A DNA stretch of 59,637 nt, the filler included, from Circinaria calcarea (taxonomy: Eukaryota), in the NCBI GenBank assembly GCA_051942165.1. It is 11 parts of 11 records of this genome, joined end to end, with 100 filler letters (N's around TTAATTAATTAA, not from the genome) between each part and the next. Parts side by side here need not be neighbours in the genome. Positions count along the whole stretch, not along the records: positions 32,631 to 37,955 come from JAVECS010001940.1; positions 38,056 to 43,379 come from JAVECS010001941.1; positions 43,480 to 48,799 come from JAVECS010001942.1; 8 more parts are not named here. One strand, given 5' to 3'. The translations under genes were made by a program, and so were the position numbers. The notes under the pieces were generated by a model. It saw nothing but the letters and a program-made list of their open reading frames with translations, was not told the DNA's origin and did not search any database. Shown piece by piece: positions 34,040-46,774 of the stretch; within the stretch, counting starts at the first letter, position 1, and each line of letters begins with the position of its first letter.

Positions 34040-36960
34040 CGCATTCGATGGATTTCTCCATACTATGATCAGAGGCACCGCCGTCAACGCGAATGGCCGC
34101 ATCGGAGAGACCACACGTCCCAGCGTCGTTGGACAGGAAGCCGTCATCCGCAAGGCCTACGAAAATGCTGGCAACCTTCTGTTTTCCAGTACGACTTTTT
34201 CGAGTGCCAGGGTATGGGCACTCAGGCCGGTGACCATATCGAGGTGTCGGCGGTACGCAATCTTGTTCGTATCTTCTAGGTCGGACCCCCTCAAGACCGC
34301 ATGCTCATTGGGTCGATCAAGACCAACCTGGGACACACGGAAGGCGCGAGCGCGATTGCATCCATCATGAAGATTGTTCTCTCCTTGGAGGCGGGAGAAG
34401 TTTCTCCGAGCTACGGCGTCGAGACACTGATTCTGAAAATCGACTTTGAGGGGGCCAAGGTCGAGGTCGTGAGAGACCGCACTGTGCTCCGGCCAGAGGG
34501 GCAAAGTGCGGCGCGTAAGCATTACCATAACTCTTTTGGTTTTGGCGTTGCTAGACACTGTATAATTGACCACGTCAATATCGTACTTCCGCATCACGTG
34601 AAGCCTGGCATTGTTAAGAATCCATCTTTCGACGGACTGGGCCTCCCCAGCGGCCACAAAACCAATGGCTATACCAATGGACACCAGAATGGAATTACAC
34701 CACCACCAGCGCCGCTGCGTCTTCCCGCCGTCCATACACCCAAAAAGATTACAAGAGCCGAGGCAACCAACCGTCAACTGGTGCTGCTACCTTTCTCAGC
34801 CAATAGCGGGTCCTCGCTCAAGCTGAATATCCACGCCTTGTCCCGTGCGATTGATTTGTGGTTGATCGGTGGCAGATATTGCCTACACGCTCGGGCCCAA
34901 GCGCGCCAGTTTACAGCAACGATCTTTCCGCATCGTGGATAAGGACGATGCTGCGCAAGGGCTGGGCGTCGATAGGTCTATCTTCGTTAGCCCCATACAG
35001 AGTCCCAACATCGGCTTCATCTTCACAGGCTAGTGTACCCAGTGGCGCGCTATGGGCGCGCAGCTATTTGAGTATCGCGTGTTTCAAATTGCTATCGCGT
35101 ACTTGAACCACGTCTTTGGAGCACTGCCCACAAGCCCTTCGTGGATAAATTTTCTGGCGAATGTGATGCAGACTGTATATACGCCGTCCAAATTGACCTT
35201 ATCGATTTTCTGGCCTCGTCCGTCTGGCCTTCCGCTGTCGCTGGACATTCCTCGGGTGAGATGGCCGTAGCCAATGCATGGGGCCACATCAAAGCCGCCG
35301 AAACTATTTCGGCCGCTTATTTCCACGGCCAGGTAGTATCGCAAAATAAGTAGAAGGGTGTTATGCTGGCCGTGGGTCTGGTTCCCGAGCAGGTGTCCGA
35401 GTAACTCAATGGCCGGGAAAAGGAAATCAAGGTGGCGGCATCAATTCGCCGGAGGTGCTTCCGTAATCTTGGACAAAGAGGAAATTTTCAACCGAGTGCT
35501 TCGCACGGCCGGAAACGATTTTAATTCGCATCACATGGCTCTACTCGGCCACGACTACAGCAACATGCTCTTCAGTAGGCTTTCGCATATCAAGAAGCTT
35601 GAACTGGTCGACGGGCGACAGCGTTATGCCCGTGCCTCATGGGTGTCGTTGGTAACTCTACACGAAGCTATCCCTGAAGATATGTCAGTGGCATACTGGA
35701 GAGCCAATCTTGAGTCACCAGTTCGATTCTTCGAAGCGATAACGAATATGGTGGGCTTGGAAGGTAGCCCGGTGGATGTTCTTATTAAAGTTGCACCACA
35801 TCCTGCCTTAACGAGCCCCCTGGACCAGGTATTGAAAAGCATTGGCTAATCTATCCCTTATACTTCGTCATTAAAAAGGCCCGAAGATGGTTGGGAACTG
35901 ATGTTGCAGCTTGCCGGGTCCTTATTAGGCCTGAATGTCGAGATTAACTTGGTTACAGTCAACGTGGTCGACGATGATGTATATAAGGCCGAGTTCTGCT
36001 ACCTATATAGCTGCACCACCGTTGACCTCCCACTATATCAATATACATATGGACTTGTAAATCACTATGAGGGCCGGGCGAGCAAGGAATACCGACTTCG
36101 GAAAATTATTAAACACGATTTTCTTGGCTCTAAGGTCCCAGGCACCCTAAAGCTCTCGACTTAGTCGGAACGTCCTCTGGGTGAAAGACGTGCACCTTTT
36201 ACTAACTCCCAGATGCCGTCTTTCCTGCTGCTGGATTCATGTCCATGGTAATAGCAGTTACCTCACAGTTTTATTACCAGCTTCCAGAGTCATTGGAAAT
36301 CATAGACCACTCGCTTCGCAACGTAGATATCAAAACGGTCTTGAGGTTACAGGAAGATAATACGGCATCGCAGTTATGTACGGCATGGAACTTATGGTCA
36401 CGGTGACCGCCAGGTCACCCGCATGGGCTAGTTTCGCCATCAGTTCGGTTGCGCGAGACTCGAATGAGTGGACCGAACACTACGCCGACCTCGCAAAGTC
36501 TCTGAACCGGCGGAGCCGGATAAGATAGGCACTGATTTGGATTCTAGATTCCCAGACTTGCGCTCGTGGTAGAAAAAGTTTGAGGCGATCGGTATTGGCT
36601 ATGGCCCAATACCCCAGCAGCTCTCGAGATCCGTGCCGATCTCGACAGGAACATATTCACGGCTAAGGTGGCATCGAATACAACCGTGGGTACCATCGAA
36701 GGAGGAGAGTCGAGCTATCCCCTGCAACCGGCTGCTCTGGAGGCCACCTTCCAGCTGGGACTCATTGCTTGCCACAGAGGCCAGGTGGAGAGGGCGAGCA
36801 CTGCGTTCGTGCCTATCAACCTGTCCCAGCTGTATCTCAAAGAAGGATTCGACCAACATTAGGGCACGGCTATCGCTCGCGGAAGGCTTCAAGGTCTTCG
36901 AGGTGCCTATACTAAGCTGCAGATATTGAGTAAGAGTGGCGATGTGGTTCTTGACCTAGA
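34040..36960 (+). pseudogene. Reducing type I polyketide synthase relic (partial KS, AT, DH)
   Basis: KS: IRGTAVNANGR, GQEAVIRKAY, ECQGMGTQAGDHIE, IGSIKTNLGHTEGASAIASIMK, NSFGFG. AT: GFIFTG*..QW..MG, GHSSGE, FNSHHM, YWRANLESPVRF. DH: HDFLGS, VFPAAG, YPLQPAALEATFQL. Many frameshifts and stops; both ends missing. Confidence 0.92.
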
Positions 36961-37955
36961 CCCGCAGTACTTCTGTGGGTGCGATTTTGGTGTGAGGTCG
37001 CTGAACCTGCGAAATATACGATTCCAGCTTACTATTTCATTGATCTTCAACGCATCACGCCCGGATGTGATTTTGATACACTAAAAAATTGCGCTGCTTA
37101 TAGACTCATTGTTATTCTAGTATATAAACTACGTAAAACTCTCTGTTTACGTGGTTGAGGCTTGGAAATCAGCTATGTAGTAGTCGTGAAGCAGCTCGCG
37201 AGTTGCATGTAGTCTATAAAGGGTAATTTTTAGTCCTATGGTACGGGCGTAATCCTAAAAAGTCGGACTTTTTAGTCGAAAATCGATGTTGTTTCATACC
37301 CAAACTCATGATTCTGATATGCAAACGTAGTGGTTTTAGATCTATATTATTGCCTGAAAGTATCATGCGCCGCGGCGTGAAATTTTTGCTGATTTTGGGC
37401 CTCCGAAAACCTCTACCTATCGCTGACCGGGATCGAAACATATTATTGTAGTATTTTGTCTCAGAAATTCAGACTGCTTTTGCTTCGCTGCCGCGTATTT
37501 TTCGGAATGGCTATATATAGTTAGTAGATGCTAAAAATAGCGTGCGCGCGAAACGCAGTCTGAGGGAATTATCCAGCCTTTTTGGTGCGGAGAATAGTAT
37601 TTTTGTATGAGAAGTGTTTTTTTCGAATTAATCAATAACAACACTACGTATTGGAATTCTGAAAAGGCCATATTAAAGAACTTATTAATAATTATAATCT
37701 GGCAGAGTGTTACGTCCCTAAGCTTCTTAGGCAAAGGCAATGCTAGTCACTGGTATAAGGCAGGGGCTCTGTCCGACAGGTCACGAGGTTCTATACCAAT
37801 AGCTGGCAAGTAAGAAGTGACAATAGAAGTATATTGCTACACTTGTAAGGTCTTGACCACACAGGTCAAATACTACGGAAAGGACTGTGCCTATATACCC
37901 TTTCCTCGACAGGGGTCACAGCAGTGATCCCTATGATCCCACTGCTCCATGACCA

Positions 37956-38055
37956 NNNNNNNNNNNNNNNNNNNNNNNNNNNNNNNNNNNNNNNNNNNNT
38001 TAATTAATTAANNNNNNNNNNNNNNNNNNNNNNNNNNNNNNNNNNNNNNNNNNNN
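37956..38055. other. Artificial contig linker
   Basis: 44 N + TTAATTAATTAA + 44 N. Confidence 0.98.
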
Positions 38056-40449
38056 GCTTCAGCCGCCCTCCAGCATCTCCATATTTTCCGCCCAAGCTCT
38101 ACGCCCTCGTTCATATCCACCCTAAACTCTCTTTCGTCCTACCTCTTGAACCCCACCCTCCACCACTCTGCTTCTCGACCCCTCAGCCTGATAGTCGTTT
38201 CCAATTTCAGCGCTTTTCTCGGTCAAGACCGTATGGACTCCGAGTCCGAAACCACAGCAGCAGGGACATCAGCGCAACTCGGGGATAGTACTTTCATCCA
38301 GCGTTACATCCGCCTAGTTTCCATGCTCCGCTTTCTTCAATCGGCATTCGGCTGCACCATCATCGCAGGTAATTGGGGACTATCTCCCCTCCATCATTCG
38401 GCGAACGGACCCTCTTTACGCCCGCATCTCCCGGCCGTTTGGAACAATTTTTGTGGCTTGAAGCTTATAACAGAAAAAGCTCGTGTAAGTCAGTTCGGTC
38501 CGGGAATCAGTGCGGAGGAGGCGATGCAGGAAGAGAACCAAAGACAGAAGTCTGTAGAGAACAGCGGCTTTTCATGCTGGGTTAATCATTGGGGGAGCGA
38601 GGACTGGGGCGATGCTGTTTCGGAAAGGCTGGGGGGGTTGAAGAACCATGGAGGGTTCTCATTTCGGATCAGCCAAAGTGGTATTATTGTGGATGATGTG
38701 GAAAAGATTTAATGACTGACCTAAAGTTTTTTTTAAGGGCCGCTACAATGGGAAGCATTTGATACAGAGGCAGGGGAGGACCTTCGAATAACCGGCCTAA
38801 AGGAAAATTGCACTAAGCAACTTCGTTATTCCGCGCCGTCCTGCAATTTCCCTTTCTGTGGACCATCCTTTTTCGCACGTATTCTCATGTTTGGAGTTAG
38901 ATTAACATTGGCCGCCATCTCTCCTATGCTTTTTGTCCTGCAGATGCCCGCTTGATCTACAGAACATCTCTAAGACTTTAGCGATGTTATATTATCAGTG
39001 AAGACTATTCTTAACTTTCGGAGCTGAAATTATGTTCACAAGTTTAACCGGAAGGTAACTCATCTCTTTCTTGCTAAGATGAGGACCATCGTCGAGGTGC
39101 AGGTGCTCGGAGATGGGGGATCGTAACCCTGCGGAATGCATATGTAAGGGGCGAATGCTTTGCATTTAATTCTAGATTCCGTTATATGCACTTGATGCTA
39201 TTATCCACTACATGTTCTCACACTCATTCTACTCATGTAACGCTCAAGGCCACTGCGTGCCCAAGGCAACGCACTACGATGTATTTCTTTTTTATAAGAA
39301 CCAGGAAATATTATAAAAAGCCCAGAGACTACGCACGTATAGCTATTCCCCTCCAGAGTCCAGGCTCGAGGGCATTTCCTGGACATCACCAAGCTGAAAA
39401 GGAGATAGCGATTGAATTAAGGAAAATTCTATAACCTTTGAGTTTTGGACCGTTGGGATTGCCCGAATTAATATCCATACCGTAGGCTCCGTAGGCTCCG
39501 TAGGCCCTCAAGATCGAAATGTAACGCCAATCTCGATAATGTTGAATATACAAGAATGTATGGTGGCATTATTGCTATGTATGTTGCTTAGTGACTACCT
39601 ATGCTACGGAAAATGCTTTTATGGAGTGGGTAGAGAGTGTTGAGTATGGACCGTGTATTAGCCGAAGCTAACATATGATTCGTTAAGCCCTATGAATTTC
39701 CAACAGATAACGGAGAAGATATTAATCTTCAAACGGGGTACCATCAGTTTGCAATTCTCAGCTTAGGGAGCAACCATCCTCCCATGGCTACTGGATAGAT
39801 CTAGTGGACATATAGCATGGTTATGGTACGGGATAAATACGCTTAATGCATGGGGTCGTGCATAGTATAGAAGGTGGAAAGCGAGACTTTTAAGCCACGG
39901 GAGTTAAGCGAATCCCTTTATTCTACAACGTGCTTGTTGATATTGCCCAAATTGAAATACGCATTCTACGTTCTGCTATATATGCAGCCTTAATGCCTAT
40001 ACGGAATGAATAGATCTGATGCAATGTAATTACTATTACCTGTATGTCATATATACTCTAACACGTCGATGATTGGGCTGAGCATGTAGCCTCAGTACAG
40101 AGAAATAGAGTTTATTTATGTAGAGGCGAGCGGTTTATGCAACTGCACACAGGATAAGCGCTTCGTCTGTAAAGATAAGAATTACGTTAGTGTATCGTGT
40201 ATCGTGCATCAAGAGTTATATTTTTAAAAGTTGGTTTCTTCTACGTACTGCCCGAAGGCAAGGCTAATAGCCAACTCTCATTCCCCAGCAGCTAAGGAAA
40301 GAGCCTTTGTCCTCCATGAGAGTGACTTACTGATAAACATTCGTCAAGATAGTGTCCCCACGTCCACGTCTCTCTTTTTTCTTTAGATATTCAACGAATG
40401 CCACGTTGTGAGGTCTATCAACTCTCGCTCATGCCTAAAGGAGCGCTGG

Positions 40450-42430
40450 CCTGGTTGCCTAGTTTGAATCTCAGCGTCAGGGTCTTCACGGGAAAGTACC
40501 ATGTAATTCCTGTGTTTCCGCATCTGCATTGATGGCCTTCGCCCAAACAGATAATTGCCATCCGGAGCTCATCTCGCGCGGATAGCTCTCGAGTCGTCTT
40601 TCCGGGGGTGAGCAGGGATTTCGTTGAGGAAGCTCCAGTCGCGGCCTGACAAACATCGAGCTATCTGAAGGCGTTGTTGTGCGTCATTTTGTGCGTGTAG
40701 GAAGTACCGAAGCTTGGTCGTATTCTTGATAATGTTTAGTCTTGATGGGACAGTTGCATCATCGGTGGTGTTGACAGTGAAGTTTCGCTCAACCCAGAAT
40801 CGATAACCGCCAATCACCAGGACACGGAATACAGGTATATTCTCTGATATGATGCCCAGAGCAATCTGTCCTTCATTAAATGAATTCATATCTGCAGGAA
40901 AAGAACTTGCGGTATCCGAAGGGAACAAACGAAGAGACCACGGATTTAGCATCAATATTTTCAGATGTGCAAGTTCTGGCGTGGCCAACCCATCGAGCAC
41001 AAGTCCATCGAAATCGAGTTGGTCAATCCTTATTCGCTGAAGATGTCGCTGAAGATCCGAGCCCCATCTTGGACCGTCAATTGCCCTTCGGAGCCCGTAG
41101 AAGCTATTACGGAGCGTATTAGATCTGGGCGTACGGCGACAGAAGTCTGGGGACGGTGTACTCAAGACTAATTCATGGGTTAAAAATGAGCAACATCGAT
41201 CGTGGCTCAATTCTCTCATAGTGCCCCTACCATCCTCGCCCCCTTCCTGCCATGCGTTGAATAGTGTCACTTGCTGCAGTGTGGCCTCGTGCTTTTGGGT
41301 CAGACTGTTGATCAACCCGACAAGATCGGTATACGCAGTGTCCACGAGTATGAGATCTTCGTTATCGGGAGGACCGACCCATGGATCGAGTGCTAGTATG
41401 GTAATTACTGCCGGAACGGCAAACCTCTCAAGTGCCGGTATCTGCAATGACTTGAAGATATTTTCAAGTGCAGTAAGATTATCGATGTCCAGGAAAATTT
41501 CTATCAATGCGGAATAGGTGGTACGGTATGATCATGACGGTTCATTTACAAACACATTCCTATAGGGACATCAGCAGAGTCCTCTGCACTATAACAACGG
41601 CAAGCACTCATACCTTGAATTGGGATCGCTAAGGGCTAGCTATCTGAGCCGTGGCGGGAGTTTACATGATTGTCGATCGGGTGTGGTCAGATGGTCTGCG
41701 GGAAAGACAAGATTGAGAAATCCGTTTAGGTAAGAGGGACACCCTCCTAGAACATCCAGGTCGGCCTCGGCAGGATCCGGCTGGGCCGTGACGGGAAGAA
41801 GCCCTCTCCAAGTTTCCGAGCTCACCGATAGCTTTAGCAAGAGCAATCCCTTCGTCTAGGAACAACTGACTGATTTCGAGGCTACGCAAAAGCCTCAGTC
41901 ATACCAGATGATCCCACCGCAGATCCATGTGCTCAAAGTCTACACGATAGCCATCGTCCCGACATCCATCACGTCGCACGCCGTATGGAGGATGGGGATG
42001 ACGCCACCTCGCCGGAAATCTAGAGGGAGTCTTTCGCAATCGAAGTGTATAGAGAGGTAGTTTCACGAGATTTATGATTTAGTCCAGATTCTCTTGATGT
42101 AAAACTCCCTCATGATCAATCTCTAACAATGCAGTGCAGTTGGGGAGTAAAGTGATGGGCGAATACTCTAAATCTTCACTGTATAGGAGGTCCTCAAGAA
42201 CATACTCATGGTATCCCTCTTCTCCCATAAAGGATGAAGGTGTCCGGAATTGGAAGTACAGGTTGAGCTGTTTGATGTAGTTTGCGGGCAATTGGGAAGT
42301 CATTGTATTGTCGAACCCATCAGTTATGCGATCGATTAGTAGCAGGGGGTCGAGTGTCTAAGATGGGCCACGATCTTTGGGGGGAAGGATGAAATCTGCC
42401 TGATCTATGGTGACTCTGGCCTCCATAGCG
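40450..42430 (-). pseudogene. Disrupted uncharacterised Leu-rich protein gene
   Basis: Successive minus-strand ORFs (42079-42303, 41662-41889, 41640-41846, 40569-41507) with LRR-like phrases (LRSLEISQL, LPPRLR*LAL, LAHLKILML), broken by stops and a frameshift. Family not recognised. Confidence 0.55.
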
Positions 42431-43379
42431 ACTTGATGTAGACTTGGATGAGATTTGGTGGCGATACACCAGCTATCGAGAGTTTGCAAATCCCGCGTGC
42501 TCGTGATAATGGAACAAGAAGTTCAAATGGTAGAGCCATTGAGCTGGAGGACATGCGGTCTGGAGCCATGATGGTGAAGGGGCGTTGTAGAAGGGAGTAA
42601 AGACGGTGAGACCAAGACTGAATGGAGTGGTATGAACGGGCTTACCGAGTCACGTGGGATCTATCTATTACACATGGTCCACTACACCTCTCACACCATA
42701 ATAAAAGAGGCTTTTTCGCTGTATGCTAGTTTAGATACACACGTCGAGCAATTCATGCATGCCGCCACACATGCAGCTTAACAGGAGAGAATGCTGAACA
42801 GCCGTGAATCATTGATGATACCCCTTATTTTTCCCAATATATGTCCCTCTGGTGGAACCAACCCAGGATACAAAGTCAGGATTGCTTAGGCTGAGGTGGT
42901 CTGCTCGTTCAGCGGCCTTAGCAACACTAGGCCTGCGCGGAAACAAGAAGAGAGAAAGTTGAAAGAAGAAGTTCAACCGATCTAGTGCAGAGGACATCGC
43001 TTACCTAGTGAAGAAGGGACCCAAGGGGTGTAACAATTGACCGCAGATCCCGGTTTACTTAGTAATTTTCAGTGATTTGGCGTTCATGCGGAACTTGGAC
43101 AGCAAACGTCTTTACAGATTTCATACCCGTGATGCCACATATAGCTTAGCACACAGAGCAATAGCATATAGGTAGAATATCAGGTTATATATCACCATGG
43201 TGAAAACCGGCTTTGGAGCACGTCGGGAAAGTGGCGGCAAAGTAGCGCTCATTAGGCGCGCGTCTCGTTCCATATCTCAGCGACACGCATTACATATTGT
43301 ATATACAGTACATATACAGAATTTGTACAGCATTTCATAGCAGTATTTCATATTTTCTATACCCATATATATATTCCGG

Positions 43380-43479
43380 NNNNNNNNNNNNNNNNNNNNN
43401 NNNNNNNNNNNNNNNNNNNNNNNTTAATTAATTAANNNNNNNNNNNNNNNNNNNNNNNNNNNNNNNNNNNNNNNNNNNN
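43380..43479. other. Artificial contig linker
   Basis: 44 N + TTAATTAATTAA + 44 N. Confidence 0.98.
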
Positions 43480-46421
43480 ACTTATGAAAGCGGTTAGCGG
43501 TGAGATTAATCATTCACGGAAAATATAGCTCTTACCCAACTCCACCACAGGATATAGAGACAAGCACTACCTGGATATCAGGGTCCTCCTGAAATCCGCG
43601 GACGGCTTCTGCTCGCTTGCCTGCGGAGATCTGGCCGTCGAGCCTGGTGTAGGTAATGTTCTCGCTCTTTAGGATTGACTGGACTAGATCGAGGGTAAAG
43701 GTCCAATATGAAAAGACAACGCTATTCAGCCGTTACTTAGCCTTTGCGGGTCTGAAGATAAAAATTGAAAACTTACCATTTCTCTCGTTGAGATTTTTGT
43801 ATATCTGCAACCAGTGCTTTGAGCTTTGTTGGTATCTCTGCAGGATCCAGGGGAGGAATCGTTTTTCTTGATTGCGAAGATGCAGTGGCTCCAGGTAGGG
43901 AAACCTCGAAAGTCCGACATTTGGGACTGTGAGCGCAAGCCGAAGAATTGGAAGAGTCCACTGAACATCTCAAAACACAGGAACCACAGAGTAGAAAGAG
44001 GCACTCTGATAGGCGGAATTGAGGAACCTGTGTAGTATTCATGTTTAGGTCTTCAGAAGTAGCTTCCACCACATCAATAGAACAACCAACACAAATCGCG
44101 GCTCCAGCGCAAAGTAAGCTCTCGAAGGCCTTTTGAGCCGCCAGAGCATTCCAAGTGCCAGATCCTCCTGCAACGCCTGTAGCTAGTTTGTTGCTCCATC
44201 GTTTTGAGTGCAGGATGCCATGATTACAGATCAATCTCAGCGTGTTGAGCCACTGTAGCGCATTTATATAGGTCCCCCTTCGTGCATAATCCGTATCAGT
44301 TGCGATATCTAGGAGCCGAGATGTCCGTATTTTAGCTTTCTCATATATGCTGTTTTCAGCAGCACTAAAGCTTAGATAGTGTATCTTATCAGACCGTTCA
44401 GGAAGATCAACGATAGCTTTCGTTCGGCATAGGACCACACAGTTTACCAAAGCCTTTAATCTCAGGAAACCTTGTCTTTCTGATCGCAGCCAGGGTTTCA
44501 ATATTTCAGAGTCGAATATCCTTGGGTCCGAGAAAGGGTGTACCCGAAGAAATTGCAAGACACTTGCGAGATCTGTCAGCTTGTTTTGGATGGGGGTACC
44601 ACTCATCGCCCATCTATTGGTTGCATGTAGGGCACACGCGGCTTTTGCGATTAGCGTTGTCCGGTTTTGTATTATATGAGCTAAAATATCAGCTTCGTCA
44701 TTAACATACGCTCAAGTTGGGGTTTTACCTTCGTCTAACACAATACGATGCCAGTGTGTTGAGAACAAAGACTCAGCTGACATAGGCGACTGCATGTGCT
44801 TCTTCCACTCCAGGGAGACAGTATTATAAGTTGTTAGAATTATGTCATACTGGCCGAGCAGCTTTGCGATCCGCTTCCGACTACCACCATGATATACCTG
44901 CCATGACAGAGTGCTAGGATGGAGATGCCTTTAGTCGATTAGTGTGCTTTCGACCACGTAGACATGCCTCCTGACCTGCTTAATTGGGTATCCCAAATTT
45001 TTAAAACTGCAGACTCCTTAGCTAGGGCAAGAAGCTTTGAGAGACTAGAGGATACCCACGAGGAAGAGGCAATACCAGCAGGGTAGTTTTGACAGGACGT
45101 AAAGTGGAAGGTGTGATTGACCCTCTGAAACTGAATGGGGATGGGATGACTGCAGCCTCAACCAATGCTGGATTTGCAGCTATAAGTGAGATCATGGTGA
45201 GTGTTTTTCCGAGTCCCATCTCGTCCGCCAGAAGTCCTCCTCTAAATTCGGGCGGTGCAGAGTCTTGATGCTTCCCAGTGATAGTATTTACATACCTAAT
45301 TGATTAGCTTCCCACGATGTAAAAGAGAAAGGTAACTAGGATGCTTACGAAGGACTTCCGTTTTCATGTGACTCTCTCGCCCAGAGATCCTTTTCTGTAC
45401 CTTCGAAAGCCCAGCCATGTTCCCTTCGTAGCATGAACGTTAGGGCCTGCTTCTGATGGCTGTGAATGACTTAGTCGGATTCTAATATATGCTTGGCTGA
45501 TATAATTATAATCACACCTATAGAGAGCAGTAGTCACATTGGCTGGTCCCATGGTTTCCGCCAGGGTATGATCACTATGCAATAAAGCAGACAGATCCGG
45601 CCGCCGAGCATAATTCTCCACATGAAGAGAGATGCCAGAATGTGTAAGTGAAAAGGTCATTATCGGCTGCTCTTCTAATCGAGACAAGAGATGAGGGTTG
45701 CAATAAGGAACGTTCCGATCGCAGTACAGCGGATCCTGTAGGTACAACTTACATCCTGATACAAAATCCCCGACATCTTCGAACAATTCAAAAGTTCCGT
45801 AAATAATCGCACACAGTACTGCCGAAGAAGCTCGTCCTCTGTCGACGACCCTCCGGTTGTTTCCTCCTGGATTGGGTTGCTCGGACGCGGTCTGGCAGCA
45901 TAATTGGATGCTAATACCCTCCCTCGCCTCAAGAGTATGCAGGATTTTCCCCGATCTTTCGTCTATCGTTCCATACTCAGAAGCATCAGTAGCATCAAGT
46001 AGTGTGTTGGATTCGTTCAAGTGGACATGAATGGTAGATGAATTGACGGTTTTTGGGTGTGGGTTCTTGATATCGATAAGTATCTCTGTTATCTGAGTCG
46101 CTTTAGCTCGTAGCTCTAACATCGAGACAGCCCAATGCTAACCATTCCAAAGCAAACGTCACCTTCAAGCTCCGACGCCGTTCCAACGACGAGGCATTGC
46201 TCGCCCTTCTTGAAGCTTTCAGCCTCACAGAGAGACCAGCTAGCCGCCGACAGCCCATCGTAGTCGTGCTGTGATATACCGGCCCCGGAAGGTCCGTCGT
46301 CGAAGGTGGTTCTCGGTGACAGAAGCTGGAGTGAAGGGACAGGCGATGGGGGAGGTGTTTCGTTTTGCTGGGCCGGTGCTACCCGTCGGCGCTTGCAAGG
46401 TCTAACGAGATCTTGGCTCAT
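43480..46421 (-). CDS. SNF2-family ATPase/helicase (Rad5/Rad16-like), multi-exon; 3' end off-contig
   Basis: HQKQALTFMLRRE, GGLLADEMGLGKT (motif I), ILTTYNT, WHRIVLDEAH (II, across an intron), RWAMSGTPIQN (III), Cys-rich insert, PTKLKAL, VVFSYWTFTLDL and TRLDG. First intron 46142-46093 after VCFGM. Confidence 0.92.
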
Positions 46422-46641
46422 TGGATCAGGATGTAGACCATCAGTGACAGCCAACTGCCGTACATATGTGAGGAAGATCTGTTAAGTCGAATTTATACCC
46501 TCGATTCCCGGGACAAACATACAGAATCATATATAATCCGTTAAGATCATGGGCTCGTTGGGGCAAATTGTACCACAATGGAGCGGTCCATCTTTCTACT
46601 ATTTAATTGGACAGCACTGCCTGGCTCAAGCCCACATGTAA

Positions 46642-46680
46642 GATGCCTCGCGGAGCCTCGCGGATGCCTCGCGGATGCCT
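46642..46680. repeat. GA(T)GCCTCGCG tandem repeat (x3.6) in the divergent intergenic region
   Basis: GATGCCTCGCG-GAGCCTCGCG-GATGCCTCGCG-GATGCCT. Confidence 0.85.
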
Positions 46681-46774
46681 TAGAATACCAGCCTCAATAA
46701 ATTGTATCGTCAATGTAGGCCACATGATTCCATGACTTCTTCAATATCCGCCCAGACGATTATCCGTATATCTA

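Noticed and set aside
37257..37277. CTAAAAAGTC-G-GACTTTTTAG palindrome
   Set aside because: Isolated 10-bp stem in AT-rich, repeat-like DNA with no definable element ends.
38146..38712. 188-aa ORF
   Set aside because: No recognisable motif or supporting exon structure; left uncalled.
39858..39920. Scattered words resembling ascomycete 5S rRNA (GTGGAAA, TTAAGCCAC, GAGTTA, AGCGAATCC)
   Set aside because: About half of a 5S sequence would have to be deleted; cannot be told from chance without an Infernal search.
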